IMG/VR virus record: IMGVR_UViG_3300021426_003461
Direction: 5' to 3' (one strand)
DNA length: 41,846 nucleotides
DNA from: a virus
Position numbers and translations under genes: made by a program. Shown in pieces: positions 8,628 to 17,627 of the stretch. The stretch's first letter is position 1, and the number at the start of each line of letters is the position of its first letter. Under the pieces are notes generated by a model. It was not told the origin of the DNA. It worked only from the letters and a program-made list of their open reading frames with translations, and ran no database searches.

Positions 8628-9092
8628 ATGAAAGGAAAAAGGCAAGAATATATTCATTATGGTCATAAAAAATTTATTGATGAACTATTTGAACCTATTC
8701 GAGAAAGAGCATTGTTTGTTAAACCATATGGAGGTTTATGGGCAAGTAGATCTGATTCAACTGATAGTTGGAAGAAATGGTGTGAAAATAACGAATTCCA
8801 TTTAAGTAAATATTCTGATGATAATTATTTTAAATTTTATTTAAAGCAAGGAACAAGAATATTGGTTATTGATGATCACAAAAAATTAAAAGATTTACCT
8901 CATATCAAAATAAAAGAAAGATTTGATTTTGAATTTGACGAATTACATTTTTTAGATTTTCAAAAACTAGCAAAAGAATATGATGCTATGGAAGTTTTAA
9001 TAAGTAAAGATTATCAGTTGTATTGGGATTTATATGGATGGGATTGCGATAGCCTATTAGTATTTAACAAAGACTGTATTGAATCTATCTAA
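8628..9092 (+). CDS. Hypothetical protein with KPYGGLWAS...SWKKWCE...YGWDCDSLLVFN motifs
   Basis: Intact ORF in array; SD-like GAAGGG upstream. Confidence 0.75.
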   Translation: MKGKRQEYIHYGHKKFIDELFEPIRERALFVKPYGGLWASRSDSTDSWKKWCENNEFHLSKYSDDNYFKFYLKQGTRILVIDDHKKLKDLPHIKIKERFDFEFDELHFLDFQKLAKEYDAMEVLISKDYQLYWDLYGWDCDSLLVFNKDCIESI

Positions 9093-9100
9093 ATGAAATT

Positions 9101-9394
9101 ATGAAAAAAATAAAAAAAGACAAATGCGGATATTACTATGCAGATGTTGAAATGCAGGAAATCTATAATTGGGGTGGTTTAGGAATTTGTGATTCATGCG
9201 GAGAACCAATATTTATGAATGGAAGAATCGGCAAATTAGTATGGGTTCTAGGTGGTTGCATATGTGAAAAATGTTTTAACGATTGGCAATCAAGAAATAA
9301 AAGGTATGAAGAAGATTTGGCTTTACAAGAAGAATGTGCAGAAAGATATTATAAAAATTATTTAGGTAAGGAGATTGAGTTTGATGGAATGTAA
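9101..9394 (+). CDS. Small zinc-binding hypothetical protein
   Basis: CDSCG...CICEKC. Confidence 0.65.
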   Translation: MKKIKKDKCGYYYADVEMQEIYNWGGLGICDSCGEPIFMNGRIGKLVWVLGGCICEKCFNDWQSRNKRYEEDLALQEECAERYYKNYLGKEIEFDGM

Positions 9395-9914
9395 GAAAGA
9401 ATTAAAAAAATTGGATGAATTAAGAAAATATACAAAAGATAAATATCACTTTTGTGTCAGTACAAATTTAGAAAAGAATGAATGGCAATTATACAGAAGA
9501 TATATAGATCAAGATGTTTATTTTTCACAAGATAATAAAGCAATAATGACAAGTGAAACAAATACAATTGAAGAATTAGAAAAATATTTAAAGGAACATT
9601 ATGAACCAAGCTTTTGGGATGTTGTAAATAAAGCTTCATTATACATAATGGCAGTTCTTTGGGTATTGTATATAGCAGTATTAATAATCTTTAAAAAGAG
9701 TACATATTTTTCAGGATTCTTATTAGGTGGATTAGTAATTAATCTTGTTTATCTAGTAATATCGGCAAAATTAATGCAAAGACATTATGATGTTGTTTTT
9801 TTAGAATTAGTAGAAGAATCGAATAGATTAGATAAAAAGAGTAGAGAAAACAGAAAAAAGTTAGAAGAGGAAATTGAAGTATTAGAAGAGGAAAATAATG
9901 ATGAAAGTAAATGA
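9387..9914 (+). CDS. Membrane protein with coiled-coil C-terminus
   Basis: Two hydrophobic helices (ASLYIMAVLWVLYIAVLIIF; FSGFLLGGLVINLVYLVIS); start refined from 9375. Confidence 0.65.
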   Translation, partial: ECKKELKKLDELRKYTKDKYHFCVSTNLEKNEWQLYRRYIDQDVYFSQDNKAIMTSETNTIEELEKYLKEHYEPSFWDVVNKASLYIMAVLWVLYIAVLIIFKKSTYFSGFLLGGLVINLVYLVISAKLMQRHYDVVFLELVEESNRLDKKSRENRKKLEEEIEVLEEENNDESK

Positions 9915-10122
9915 TGTAGTTCAATTCAATGAAAATCATAAATGGTGTGGATGTTTAGGAATAGTCACAGAAGTAAAGGACTGCGGTAAGAACGGAATCA
10001 GATATCAAGTTGTAGTTAAAATACCACTAGAAGGCTCTGCTTACATCTTTGCCATGAGTACAGAAAACGCATTGGAATTAATAGGAACTGCAGTAATGGT
10101 GCCTAGAAGAGAACAAGAATAG
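9898..10122 (+). CDS. Small hypothetical protein, possible beta-barrel (KOW/SH3-like)
   Basis: VNDVVQFNENHKWCGCLGIVTEVKDCG. Confidence 0.6.
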   Translation: MMKVNDVVQFNENHKWCGCLGIVTEVKDCGKNGIRYQVVVKIPLEGSAYIFAMSTENALELIGTAVMVPRREQE

Positions 10123-10134
10123 TTAGGAGATTAT

Positions 10135-10473
10135 ATGGAATTAAGAGAATTATTAGAAAAAAACATAAAAATTGTTGATCATTACGGAGTTAAAAATCAG
10201 ATACCAGTATGGATAGAAGAGATGAGTGAACTAACTAAAGTTCTATGTAAATGGTTTAGAAAGTATGACAAGTTAAATGGAGATATTAACTTACAACTTC
10301 TAGCCGATATGAAAGAAGAAATAACTGACGTTATGATTTGTCTAGACCAATTAAGATATACGATTCAATATGGTGAAGAAGATTTGATGAAAGAGTATAA
10401 ATATAAGGTTGATAGACAAATAAGAAGAATAGCTGAAGAATTAGATGATAATAATGATTGCCGAGGCTATTGA
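10135..10473 (+). CDS. MazG-like nucleotide pyrophosphohydrolase domain protein
   Basis: WIEEMSELTKVL...EEITDVMICLDQL (ExxE...ExxD). Confidence 0.6.
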   Translation: MELRELLEKNIKIVDHYGVKNQIPVWIEEMSELTKVLCKWFRKYDKLNGDINLQLLADMKEEITDVMICLDQLRYTIQYGEEDLMKEYKYKVDRQIRRIAEELDDNNDCRGY

Positions 10474-10569
10474 GATTCTTACTAAAATGATGATAGAAGA
10501 ATCATTTAAAAATAAAGGTAAGAGTAAAAATACAAAAGTAGTTATGACAAAGGTTGAATTATATCAATT

Positions 10570-10908
10570 TTGTATAAAATTATTGAAACTGATAGAAAGA
10601 GAAATGGAGGACTAATTATGAAAACTAAAGAAGAATATTTAAAAGCCGTTGATGAATTATTAGAAGAATATGACGCTTATTATTTTATAAACAAATATAG
10701 TGATTTAGATAAAAATACTCACGGAAATCAATTTGGAATGTTGTTAGAATTGTTAAAAGATGATGATATGTGTATGAGAGCATTAAATTGGATTAAAAAT
10801 GCTTATGATTGCTATTATAAAGAACAAGTGAAAGAAGACAATGATAATATGTTTAATTATTTAAAAAATGCTATAAATAAAAAGTTCGGTGATTCTAATG
10901 ATGAGTGA
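10570..10908 (+). CDS. Hypothetical protein (probable start ATG 10618)
   Basis: Intact ORF; GGAG upstream of inner ATG. Confidence 0.5.
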   Translation: MYKIIETDRKRNGGLIMKTKEEYLKAVDELLEEYDAYYFINKYSDLDKNTHGNQFGMLLELLKDDDMCMRALNWIKNAYDCYYKEQVKEDNDNMFNYLKNAINKKFGDSNDE

Positions 10909-11029
10909 AAGACAAATAGCTAGAGAATATTTTAAAAAGAGTAATTTAACTTATGATGAATACGAATTAATGGAACAATACAAAAATAAAGTCGAAAGAC
11001 AAATAAAAAGAATAGAGGAAGAAAAATGA
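10901..11029 (+). CDS. 42-aa hypothetical protein MSERQIAREYFKKSNLTYDEYELMEQYKNKVERQIKRIEEEK
   Basis: ATG overlapping previous stop, translationally coupled; below ORF-track size cut-off. Confidence 0.45.
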   Translation: MSERQIAREYFKKSNLTYDEYELMEQYKNKVERQIKRIEEEK

Positions 11030-11193
11030 AAAATACAGCAATAATTATATTAATTGTGGGGTTCACATCGATAGCCATAGGAATAATTATAACAGTTATA
11101 GATATGTTAATAGATCATCAATGTTATCAATTAGAACCTAATGATTTCTATCAATCAACAATATGTGAGAGGTATTGGAAATATGAAGAATGA
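11026..11193 (+). CDS. 55-aa single-TM protein
   Basis: MKNTAIIILIVGFTSIAIGIIITVIDMLIDHQCYQ..., SD GAGGAAG; below ORF-track cut-off. Confidence 0.5.
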   Translation: MKNTAIIILIVGFTSIAIGIIITVIDMLIDHQCYQLEPNDFYQSTICERYWKYEE

Positions 11194-11437
11194 TTTAAAT
11201 GCATTAAACAATTATCTATTTGAAGAATTAGAAAGACTTAATGATGACGAAACACTAGATAATGATGATAATTTAAGCAAAGAATTAAAACGTGCAAAAG
11301 CAATATCAGGAATAAGTACTTCTATTGTTAATAATGCAAAAGTAATCTTAGATGCTCATAAATTTGCTAACGAATTAGGAATTGAAGATCCAAAGAAAGT
11401 TTTCTTATTGGAGAATAGTAATGAGAAAGTGGACTAA
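11183..11437 (+). CDS. Hypothetical protein
   Basis: ORF-track 11141..11437 with inner ATG 11183. Confidence 0.5.
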   Translation: MKNDLNALNNYLFEELERLNDDETLDNDDNLSKELKRAKAISGISTSIVNNAKVILDAHKFANELGIEDPKKVFLLENSNEKVD

Positions 11438-12245
11438 GGAGCAAGAAAAATATTTATTACAAATTTATAAAGGTAAAAGTAACGATGATATTGCTGAATT
11501 AATTAACAAGAAATTTAATACAAATTATACAAGAGAATCAGTTAATGGTAAAAAACAAAGAATGGGGTTAAGATCGGAACCACCTAAGAATAATTCTAAA
11601 TATACTAAAGAAGTTATAGATTATGTTATACAAAATCATAAAGGTAAATCACTAATTGAATTAACCTATGAGGTAAATGAAAAGTTCAATTTAAATGTTG
11701 ATAAAGTGAGCATAGGTAATTTAAAAAGCAGATTAAGAATGAAACAAGGAATTAAATTAGAATATGCAAGAAATGATGGCTGTTTTAAAAAAGGAGCAAC
11801 ATCATACAATAAAGGCAAAAAATGGAATGATTATCTAACAAAAGAACAACAAGATAGAGCAAGAGCAACTTGCTTTAAAAAAGGTCATAAATCAGCTAAT
11901 GCAGTTGATATTGGAACTGAGAAAATAAAATATTCTAAGGGCGATGATGTAGGATATTGGAATGTAAAAGTATGTGATGGAAAAGGTCATAGAAATTGGG
12001 TTCCGAAGCACAGACTTATTTATGAAAAAGAATATGGACCAATACCTGATGGATATAAAGTGATATTTGCTGATGGGAATAGAGAAAACTTTGATATTGA
12101 TAATTTAGTATTAGTTTCTAGTTCTGAAGAATTAATCCTAAACAGAAGAAAACTATTGACTGATGATAAAGAAATAACAAAAACAGGAGTATTGATTGCT
12201 AAGGTAATTGATAAAACATATAAGCTAAAAAATGAAAGATTATGA
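11421..12245 (+). CDS. HNH endonuclease with N-terminal HTH-like repeats
   Basis: WTKEQEKYLLQIYKGKSNDDIAELINKKFN...; HRLIYEKEYGPIPDGYKVIFADGNRENFDIDNLVLVS. Confidence 0.85.
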   Translation: MRKWTKEQEKYLLQIYKGKSNDDIAELINKKFNTNYTRESVNGKKQRMGLRSEPPKNNSKYTKEVIDYVIQNHKGKSLIELTYEVNEKFNLNVDKVSIGNLKSRLRMKQGIKLEYARNDGCFKKGATSYNKGKKWNDYLTKEQQDRARATCFKKGHKSANAVDIGTEKIKYSKGDDVGYWNVKVCDGKGHRNWVPKHRLIYEKEYGPIPDGYKVIFADGNRENFDIDNLVLVSSSEELILNRRKLLTDDKEITKTGVLIAKVIDKTYKLKNERL

Positions 12246-12435
12246 GCAATTATACTATGATGCTTTACATGAAATAAAACAACTAAAAAAGAGAATAGAA
12301 GAATTAGAGACAGACTTAAAATTAGTCAATAGTTCTGATTTGAAAAAATTAGATTTAAAAAAAGAGATTATGAAAGAATTAAAAAACTATAAGGAGAATA
12401 AAAGTGAAAAAATTAGAAGAAATAAGACAAACTAG
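12242..12435 (+). CDS. Coiled-coil hypothetical protein
   Basis: ORF in array; start approximate. Confidence 0.45.
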
Positions 12436-12889
12436 GAATTTGTTTATAGAAGCTGAAGCACCTAATGATGGAATGGGCGGTCATTATTATGATTCTATTA
12501 GTGGAAAAAATCTTAACTTCATATTTAGTTATCAACTAGGATGGGAACATTTATCAGTAAGCATGCCTAGCAGAACTCCTACATGGGATATGATGTGTAG
12601 AATGAAAGATATCTTTTGGAATGATGATGAAACGTGTGTAGAATACCATCCTGCTAAGAATCAATATGTAAATAATCATCCTCATTGCTTACATATATGG
12701 CGACCTGTAAATAATGATCAATTTTTTAATGAACCTGAATCAAAAGAAGACCTACTTCCAGTTCCACCTCATTTATTAGTAGGATTTAGGGATGAAGAAG
12801 AAAGAAAACAATTCTTACAAATGGCTGAAACCTTTGGTGTAGGAGTAAATAAGTGGGATTACAACAAAAGAGATAAAGGTGATGCATAA
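12404..12889 (+). CDS. Phage hypothetical protein (DUF-type, GWEHLSVSMPSRTPTWDMMCRMKDIFW)
   Basis: Recognisable phage-associated pattern with RxxTPTWxMMCxMKDxFW. Confidence 0.7.
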   Translation: MKKLEEIRQTRNLFIEAEAPNDGMGGHYYDSISGKNLNFIFSYQLGWEHLSVSMPSRTPTWDMMCRMKDIFWNDDETCVEYHPAKNQYVNNHPHCLHIWRPVNNDQFFNEPESKEDLLPVPPHLLVGFRDEEERKQFLQMAETFGVGVNKWDYNKRDKGDA

Positions 12890-13098
12890 TGCAAGAAAAT
12901 ATTAAAGCATATGCAATATTTAATATCACTCAGAAAAAATATATATGGATATCTGATTCATATAGAGCATCAAGAAGATTTCTTGTATATGGAGATTTAG
13001 CAAGTGCTAGAAGAATGATGAATGAACTAAAAAGATGGGATTATAAGAATGATCAACTAAGAATTGTTGAATTGATTCCAAACGAAGATTGGAAGTGA
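12889..13098 (+). CDS. Hypothetical protein
   Basis: ORF overlapping previous stop. Confidence 0.55.
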   Translation: MQENIKAYAIFNITQKKYIWISDSYRASRRFLVYGDLASARRMMNELKRWDYKNDQLRIVELIPNEDWK

Positions 13099-13103
13099 TA
13101 AAA

Positions 13104-13307
13104 ATGACAGAAGAAGAAATGATATCACAATTAAAAGATTTAACATCAGATAGAAAAAGTTTTATAACTAATGATGAAGAATCAAGCAAGATATTTAAAA
13201 AGGATGTAGAAGCTCTAGAAATGATACTTGATAAATATTCAAAGTTGAAAGAGTTAACAATGATATGTGATAGAACCGCTATGAGCATGATGGAGGATAG
13301 GCAATGA
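13104..13307 (+). CDS. Hypothetical protein
   Basis: Inner ATG in ORF-track 13089..13307. Confidence 0.5.
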   Translation: MTEEEMISQLKDLTSDRKSFITNDEESSKIFKKDVEALEMILDKYSKLKELTMICDRTAMSMMEDRQ

Positions 13308-13573
13308 GCGAAAAAGAATTAATTGAAACATTAAAGGACTTTGAAGAAAAAAGAGTAGAGCAATTACCCGAAAATGCAAGAAATTTATTTTACGCAATAA
13401 TGAAGATAGCAGATGAGAGAGATATGTATAAGAATATTGTAAAAGAGACAAGAAATTGGGTAAAATCAACTTTTGATATTATAGAACAACAGCCAACAGG
13501 AAATGATGAGTGGATTTTAAAAAGACTAAACAGTATTTTAGGCTTATTAGACAAAGGAGAAAAAAGATTATGA
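13304..13573 (+). CDS. Hypothetical protein
   Basis: ATGA overlap with previous gene; AGGAGG-like SD. Confidence 0.6.
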   Translation: MSEKELIETLKDFEEKRVEQLPENARNLFYAIMKIADERDMYKNIVKETRNWVKSTFDIIEQQPTGNDEWILKRLNSILGLLDKGEKRL

Positions 13574-13746
13574 GTTGGTTAATAGCAATTGGTATAGTAT
13601 TTTTTATGATTTTAGCATTAGTAGGTATTGGAGTATTAATTTACCAATTTGAATTAGAATTAGTGTGTATTAATTTAATGCTAACAATATTGATTTTTAC
13701 ATTATTGGTATTTTCGGTAATATTTGTTCACCAATTATTATTTTAA
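13570..13746 (+). CDS. Small two-TM membrane protein
   Basis: MSWLIAIGIVFFMILALVGIGVLIYQFELELVCINLMLTILIFTLLVFSVIFVHQLLF; coupled to previous stop. Confidence 0.5.
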   Translation: MSWLIAIGIVFFMILALVGIGVLIYQFELELVCINLMLTILIFTLLVFSVIFVHQLLF

Positions 13747-13795
13747 AAAGTCAGGGTTAAATAGATTATGAAGAAGAATGTGAAAGGAGAAGAGT

Positions 13796-14113
13796 ATGGG
13801 AGAATCAGAAAGAGAGTTATGCAGAAGAATAACATCAGGAAGCTTAGATATAGAATTAAATAAAATACATAGATACTATATGGCAGTATATGATGAATAT
13901 TATTCAGATCACAGTAGCAGAGATAGTGCTTTCTTAAAAGATCTAGTAGATTCCTTAAAAGGAATAAGTGCAGTATTAGAGGTATATGTAGAACACAAAG
14001 GAATACATCCTGATTATGCCATAAAAAAATTAAAAAGCAGTAGAAGTTATATTGATTTTGCTATCAGATATTATGAAAGCAAGACTGACAAAGAAGGGAT
14101 GAAGAATGACTGA
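13796..14113 (+). CDS. Hypothetical protein
   Basis: Intact ORF in array. Confidence 0.6.
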   Translation: MGESERELCRRITSGSLDIELNKIHRYYMAVYDEYYSDHSSRDSAFLKDLVDSLKGISAVLEVYVEHKGIHPDYAIKKLKSSRSYIDFAIRYYESKTDKEGMKND

Positions 14114-14480
14114 AGAAGAAACAGATGCATTGTATAATGAAATATTAAAATTGCCAAAAGTTGAAAGACCAATAACAGCAACTACTCAATGTGAAATAAA
14201 TGTAAACGATTTATTTGACACAATTAGAGCATTTAGAAAAATACCTGATTATAATGAATTAATAAAAGATAATCATAAAAAACAACAAGAAATAGAAAGA
14301 CTAAATAATATCATAAATGAGTTTGATAAATGGTTAGAAGTTAATTTGACTAATTTAGAAAAAGAAGAAACAAGTAATATTTATAATGAAGGTCTTAAGC
14401 AAGGCATGTTATCAAATGGAAGATTAATTAAAAGTAAATTACAAGAACTAAAAGAAGGAGAAAAAAGTGAAAAAAACTAA
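14106..14480 (+). CDS. Coiled-coil hypothetical protein with IERLNNII motif
   Basis: ORF coupled to neighbours. Confidence 0.6.
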   Translation: MTEEETDALYNEILKLPKVERPITATTQCEINVNDLFDTIRAFRKIPDYNELIKDNHKKQQEIERLNNIINEFDKWLEVNLTNLEKEETSNIYNEGLKQGMLSNGRLIKSKLQELKEGEKSEKN

Positions 14481-14757
14481 AGTTGTAAAATTACCAGCAA
14501 TGCCTGAAAGAGAAGAAACAAGAGAAATAAGAATTTGTGATAAATGCAATAAAGAATTATATGAATTTCATAATAATTTAAAAGTTGAAGTTTTTAGTGG
14601 CTCTGAAACCTATAAAGAACGAAAATACAATTATTATAAAGGTTATGATTTATGTTCTGATTGCGTAGAAGAATTTTTATTACCTTTATTAGAAAAAGAA
14701 TTAAATAAAAATCCTAATGAATATGAGTATGAATATTGTTATGAATGTGATTATTAG
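14467..14757 (+). CDS. Zinc-finger-like hypothetical protein
   Basis: ICDKCNKELYE...LCSDCVEE. Confidence 0.6.
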   Translation: MKKTKVVKLPAMPEREETREIRICDKCNKELYEFHNNLKVEVFSGSETYKERKYNYYKGYDLCSDCVEEFLLPLLEKELNKNPNEYEYEYCYECDY

Positions 14758-14782
14758 GAAAATTAAAAGGACGTGATACAGA

Positions 14783-15187
14783 GTGAGCGAAAAAGAGCAG
14801 TGGATAAATGCAATAAGAGATAATTCAAGTGAAACCATTGCAAATATAATTTTAGCTGATGATGAAAAAATAAAAAAACAATCAAAAGAAATAGAAAGAT
14901 TAAATAATATCATAACTGATTTACAACAAGAAAATAAACAACTAAAGGCTAATTGGAATAAGTTAAAGAAACGGCTTACAACATATCAAATATTGCATCG
15001 TGATTGCAAAGTAGACAATTTAAAAAATATAAGCAAAATAGAAGAAAAAGAAACTCAACAAAAGGAGTTTATAAAATATTTAGAAGATGAAATAAAATTG
15101 CAAGAAGAAATTAATGATATAGTTTTGGCAACAGGATTTGAAGAAATTTTACAAAAATACAGAAGTATAATAGGAGTTGATAAATAA
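14783..15187 (+). CDS. Coiled-coil hypothetical protein with IERLNNII motif
   Basis: GTG start; partial similarity to 14106 and 13304 products. Confidence 0.6.
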   Translation: MSEKEQWINAIRDNSSETIANIILADDEKIKKQSKEIERLNNIITDLQQENKQLKANWNKLKKRLTTYQILHRDCKVDNLKNISKIEEKETQQKEFIKYLEDEIKLQEEINDIVLATGFEEILQKYRSIIGVDK

Positions 15188-15199
15188 TGGAAGATATAC

Positions 15200-15439
15200 A
15201 TGAAAATTAAAATAAGTGATTTGGTAAATAAAGTGATAAATCGTGAAGAAATGCCAAAGGAAGTTTTATTTGATGGCAATATTTATAAATGGTGTAATGA
15301 TATTGGAGATTATAGAAAAGATGGTTGGGGTAGTTGTTTAATGATTAGAGATATTTTTAATAATTTTAATAGATATGGTAGTTTATACAATATGCTATTT
15401 GAAGATGTAGAAATAATCGAAGAAGATAAAGTAGATTAG
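15200..15439 (+). CDS. Hypothetical protein
   Basis: Intact ORF. Confidence 0.55.
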   Translation: MKIKISDLVNKVINREEMPKEVLFDGNIYKWCNDIGDYRKDGWGSCLMIRDIFNNFNRYGSLYNMLFEDVEIIEEDKVD

Positions 15440-15448
15440 GAGGGTAAT

Positions 15449-15829
15449 ATGAAAGTAGGAGAATATGTTCGATTAGATAGATGTCAAGGAATAAATAAAA
15501 TAGATGAGGAAGACGAAATAGGTACATTTTATTTAGAAGATGTGATAGGTGATGAGTGGGGAGATGAAACATTTAGATTAGATACAAATGATGTAATTAA
15601 ATCATCACCAAACATAATAGATTTAATAGAAGTAGGAGATTATGTTAATGGTTCTAAAATTATAGAATTAGCCACAAATATAGATGGAAAAATATTATAT
15701 TTAGAAACTGATATTACTGAATTTGACAATGTGTATGCTTGTGGAAATATAAATATTTATGAAAAAGATATTAAATCAATCGTAACAAAAGAACAATTTT
15801 CACAAATGGAATATAGGATTGGAGAGTGA
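15449..15829 (+). CDS. Hypothetical protein
   Basis: GAGGG SD upstream; intact ORF. Confidence 0.6.
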   Translation: MKVGEYVRLDRCQGINKIDEEDEIGTFYLEDVIGDEWGDETFRLDTNDVIKSSPNIIDLIEVGDYVNGSKIIELATNIDGKILYLETDITEFDNVYACGNINIYEKDIKSIVTKEQFSQMEYRIGE

Positions 15830-15833
15830 TTAT

Positions 15834-16040
15834 ATGAAAATAATAGATATTTTGATTGCCATAGCAAAAAAAGATAAGAAAATAAACGGATTAAAATTTA
15901 AATTCCTTGATCAAAGATATTTTGTTGAAGATTTTAAAATTTATGATATTAATGCACTAGGGTTTAAAAACCAACTAAGAAACATAGGAATATGCTTTTT
16001 AAATGAAAATGTTGAAATAATAAATGAGATAGGAGAATAA
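15834..16040 (+). CDS. Hypothetical protein
   Basis: Inner ATG of ORF-track 15819..16040 (MKIIDILIAIAKKDKKING). Confidence 0.5.
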   Translation: MKIIDILIAIAKKDKKINGLKFKFLDQRYFVEDFKIYDINALGFKNQLRNIGICFLNENVEIINEIGE

Positions 16041-16041
16041 T

Positions 16042-16341
16042 ATGGATACTTATGAATTTGAAAAAATATGTAAAAATGCAATTATAAATTATTATAAAGA
16101 AAATGGAGAAATAACAGATCATGTTGAATTATCGATTCAAGATGTATATGTAGTATGGATGTGTAAGACATTGCAAAATAGCAAAGCACTATTGAGTACG
16201 ACATTATATGATGGTATGTACTTTGAATGTACATATAATGGGGCATTAGAAGAATTATATTTAGATGCTTATAAAAAGTGGAAAAATGTAAAAATTGAAA
16301 AGCATCAATTTGACAGTGAGGCTCACAATGACATCATCTAA
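16042..16341 (+). CDS. DUF6275-like phage protein
   Basis: VYVVWMCKTLQNSKALLSTTLYDGMYFECTYNG...ELYLDAYKKWKNV. Confidence 0.75.
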   Translation: MDTYEFEKICKNAIINYYKENGEITDHVELSIQDVYVVWMCKTLQNSKALLSTTLYDGMYFECTYNGALEELYLDAYKKWKNVKIEKHQFDSEAHNDII

Positions 16342-16744
16342 ATATTTTAATAACAATTTAAAGTATTTACGCCAACAGAGAAAAATGACTCAACAAGAAC
16401 TTGCTGATAAACTAAAAATTGATAGGTCCACAATATCAAAATGGGAAAATGGAGATATGGATGCCACTATCAACTCTGTTTTACAAATACCCGAAATTTT
16501 AGATGTTAGTTTGGAAAATCTATTAACTAAAGATTTAACCGATAAAGGTGCAAAAGAGATGTTTGAAGAGTTGGGGTATGAACTTTATGTAGACAATGAA
16601 ATAATGTTAGGTTATGTATGTGAAAGAAAAGAAGATTATATTAATTTTTACAAAGAAGATAATGATATTTCAGTATGTTGTAGTTTTAATACAGATATAT
16701 TAAAAGCCATAAATAAACAAGTAGAAGAATTAGGATGGAAGTAA
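16328..16744 (+). CDS. Second XRE-family HTH regulator
   Basis: LKYLRQQRKMTQQELADKLKIDRSTISKWENG; start refined to ATG 16328. Confidence 0.88.
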   Translation: MTSSKYFNNNLKYLRQQRKMTQQELADKLKIDRSTISKWENGDMDATINSVLQIPEILDVSLENLLTKDLTDKGAKEMFEELGYELYVDNEIMLGYVCERKEDYINFYKEDNDISVCCSFNTDILKAINKQVEELGWK

Positions 16745-17067
16745 TAAATGGAGAACTAACATTCAAAGACATAGCAACAACTCTTGTTGCAGGGAAAACT
16801 GTAGGAATAGGTTGGACCGATGAAGTGTTCACTCATTTTGATATAATATTCAAATTAGGATTAGATGTGAAAGAAGGAAGCTTTCAAAGGGGTATTAGAC
16901 CTGATTATCCTTTTGTAAGTATTATTGATCATACTTCATTTGGATTCAGAGCAGATTCTATAAAAGAAGGAAGTTATATGGAAGAAAAGCTACGTATCAC
17001 TGATATGCCAAAATTAGATGATCTAATAAATGGAGTAATACAAGAAATAATCAATTTAAAGAAATAA
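16735..17067 (+). CDS. Hypothetical protein
   Basis: Intact ORF. Confidence 0.6.
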   Translation: MEVINGELTFKDIATTLVAGKTVGIGWTDEVFTHFDIIFKLGLDVKEGSFQRGIRPDYPFVSIIDHTSFGFRADSIKEGSYMEEKLRITDMPKLDDLINGVIQEIINLKK

Positions 17068-17079
17068 GAAGAAAAGGAG

Positions 17080-17514
17080 TTGCATATGAAGCTAAGAGAG
17101 GCAAATTTTCAAGTAGAAAGAAAAAATAATGAATTAGACAAATTATTAAAGGACAAAGAATTATTGGAGTGTTTAGTAGAACCAAAAGGAACAGACTATA
17201 CAAAAGTAGTAGTTGATGGTGGAAAACATACAAACATCTTAGATGTATATGTAGCATTAAAAGATTTAAAAAAGTGGAAAAATCTTGATGAAAGAATCCA
17301 AAGACTTCAAAGTGAAATACAAAATCTAATTGACTGGATAGATAATGAGTTAAAAATATTAGACAAATACAACGAAATAGAAGAATCAATCGTTTATTAC
17401 AAGGAAATAAGTATAAAAAAATACACATGGCAGGAAATTGCAAATAAAGTACATTATTCTAAAGATTACTGCAGAAAAATATATAAGAGATACAAGAAGA
17501 AAAGAAATATATGA
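17080..17514 (+). CDS. Sigma70-region4/ArpU/RinA-like late transcription regulator
   Basis: Coiled N-terminus plus C-terminal HTH TWQEIANKVHYSKDYCRKIYKRYKK immediately before packaging genes. Confidence 0.65.
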   Translation: MHMKLREANFQVERKNNELDKLLKDKELLECLVEPKGTDYTKVVVDGGKHTNILDVYVALKDLKKWKNLDERIQRLQSEIQNLIDWIDNELKILDKYNEIEESIVYYKEISIKKYTWQEIANKVHYSKDYCRKIYKRYKKKRNI

Positions 17515-17543
17515 AAGTGGACCACTTTGGACCACTTTTTTTT
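17514..17543 (+). terminator. Intrinsic terminator AAAGTGG-N11-CCACTTTTTTTT
   Basis: 7-bp stem followed by U-tract at end of early region. Confidence 0.75.
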
Positions 17544-17583
17544 GATATAATGATAATATAGAGTAATTCAAAAAATACTGAAG

Positions 17584-17607
17584 ACATCAATTTAGATGTT
17601 TTTTTTA
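17584..17607 (+). terminator. Second weak intrinsic terminator ACATC-AATTTA-GATGTTTTTTTT
   Basis: 5-bp stem then long U-tract. Confidence 0.5.
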
Positions 17608-17627
17608 TTTTAGAAAGAGGTGTATAG

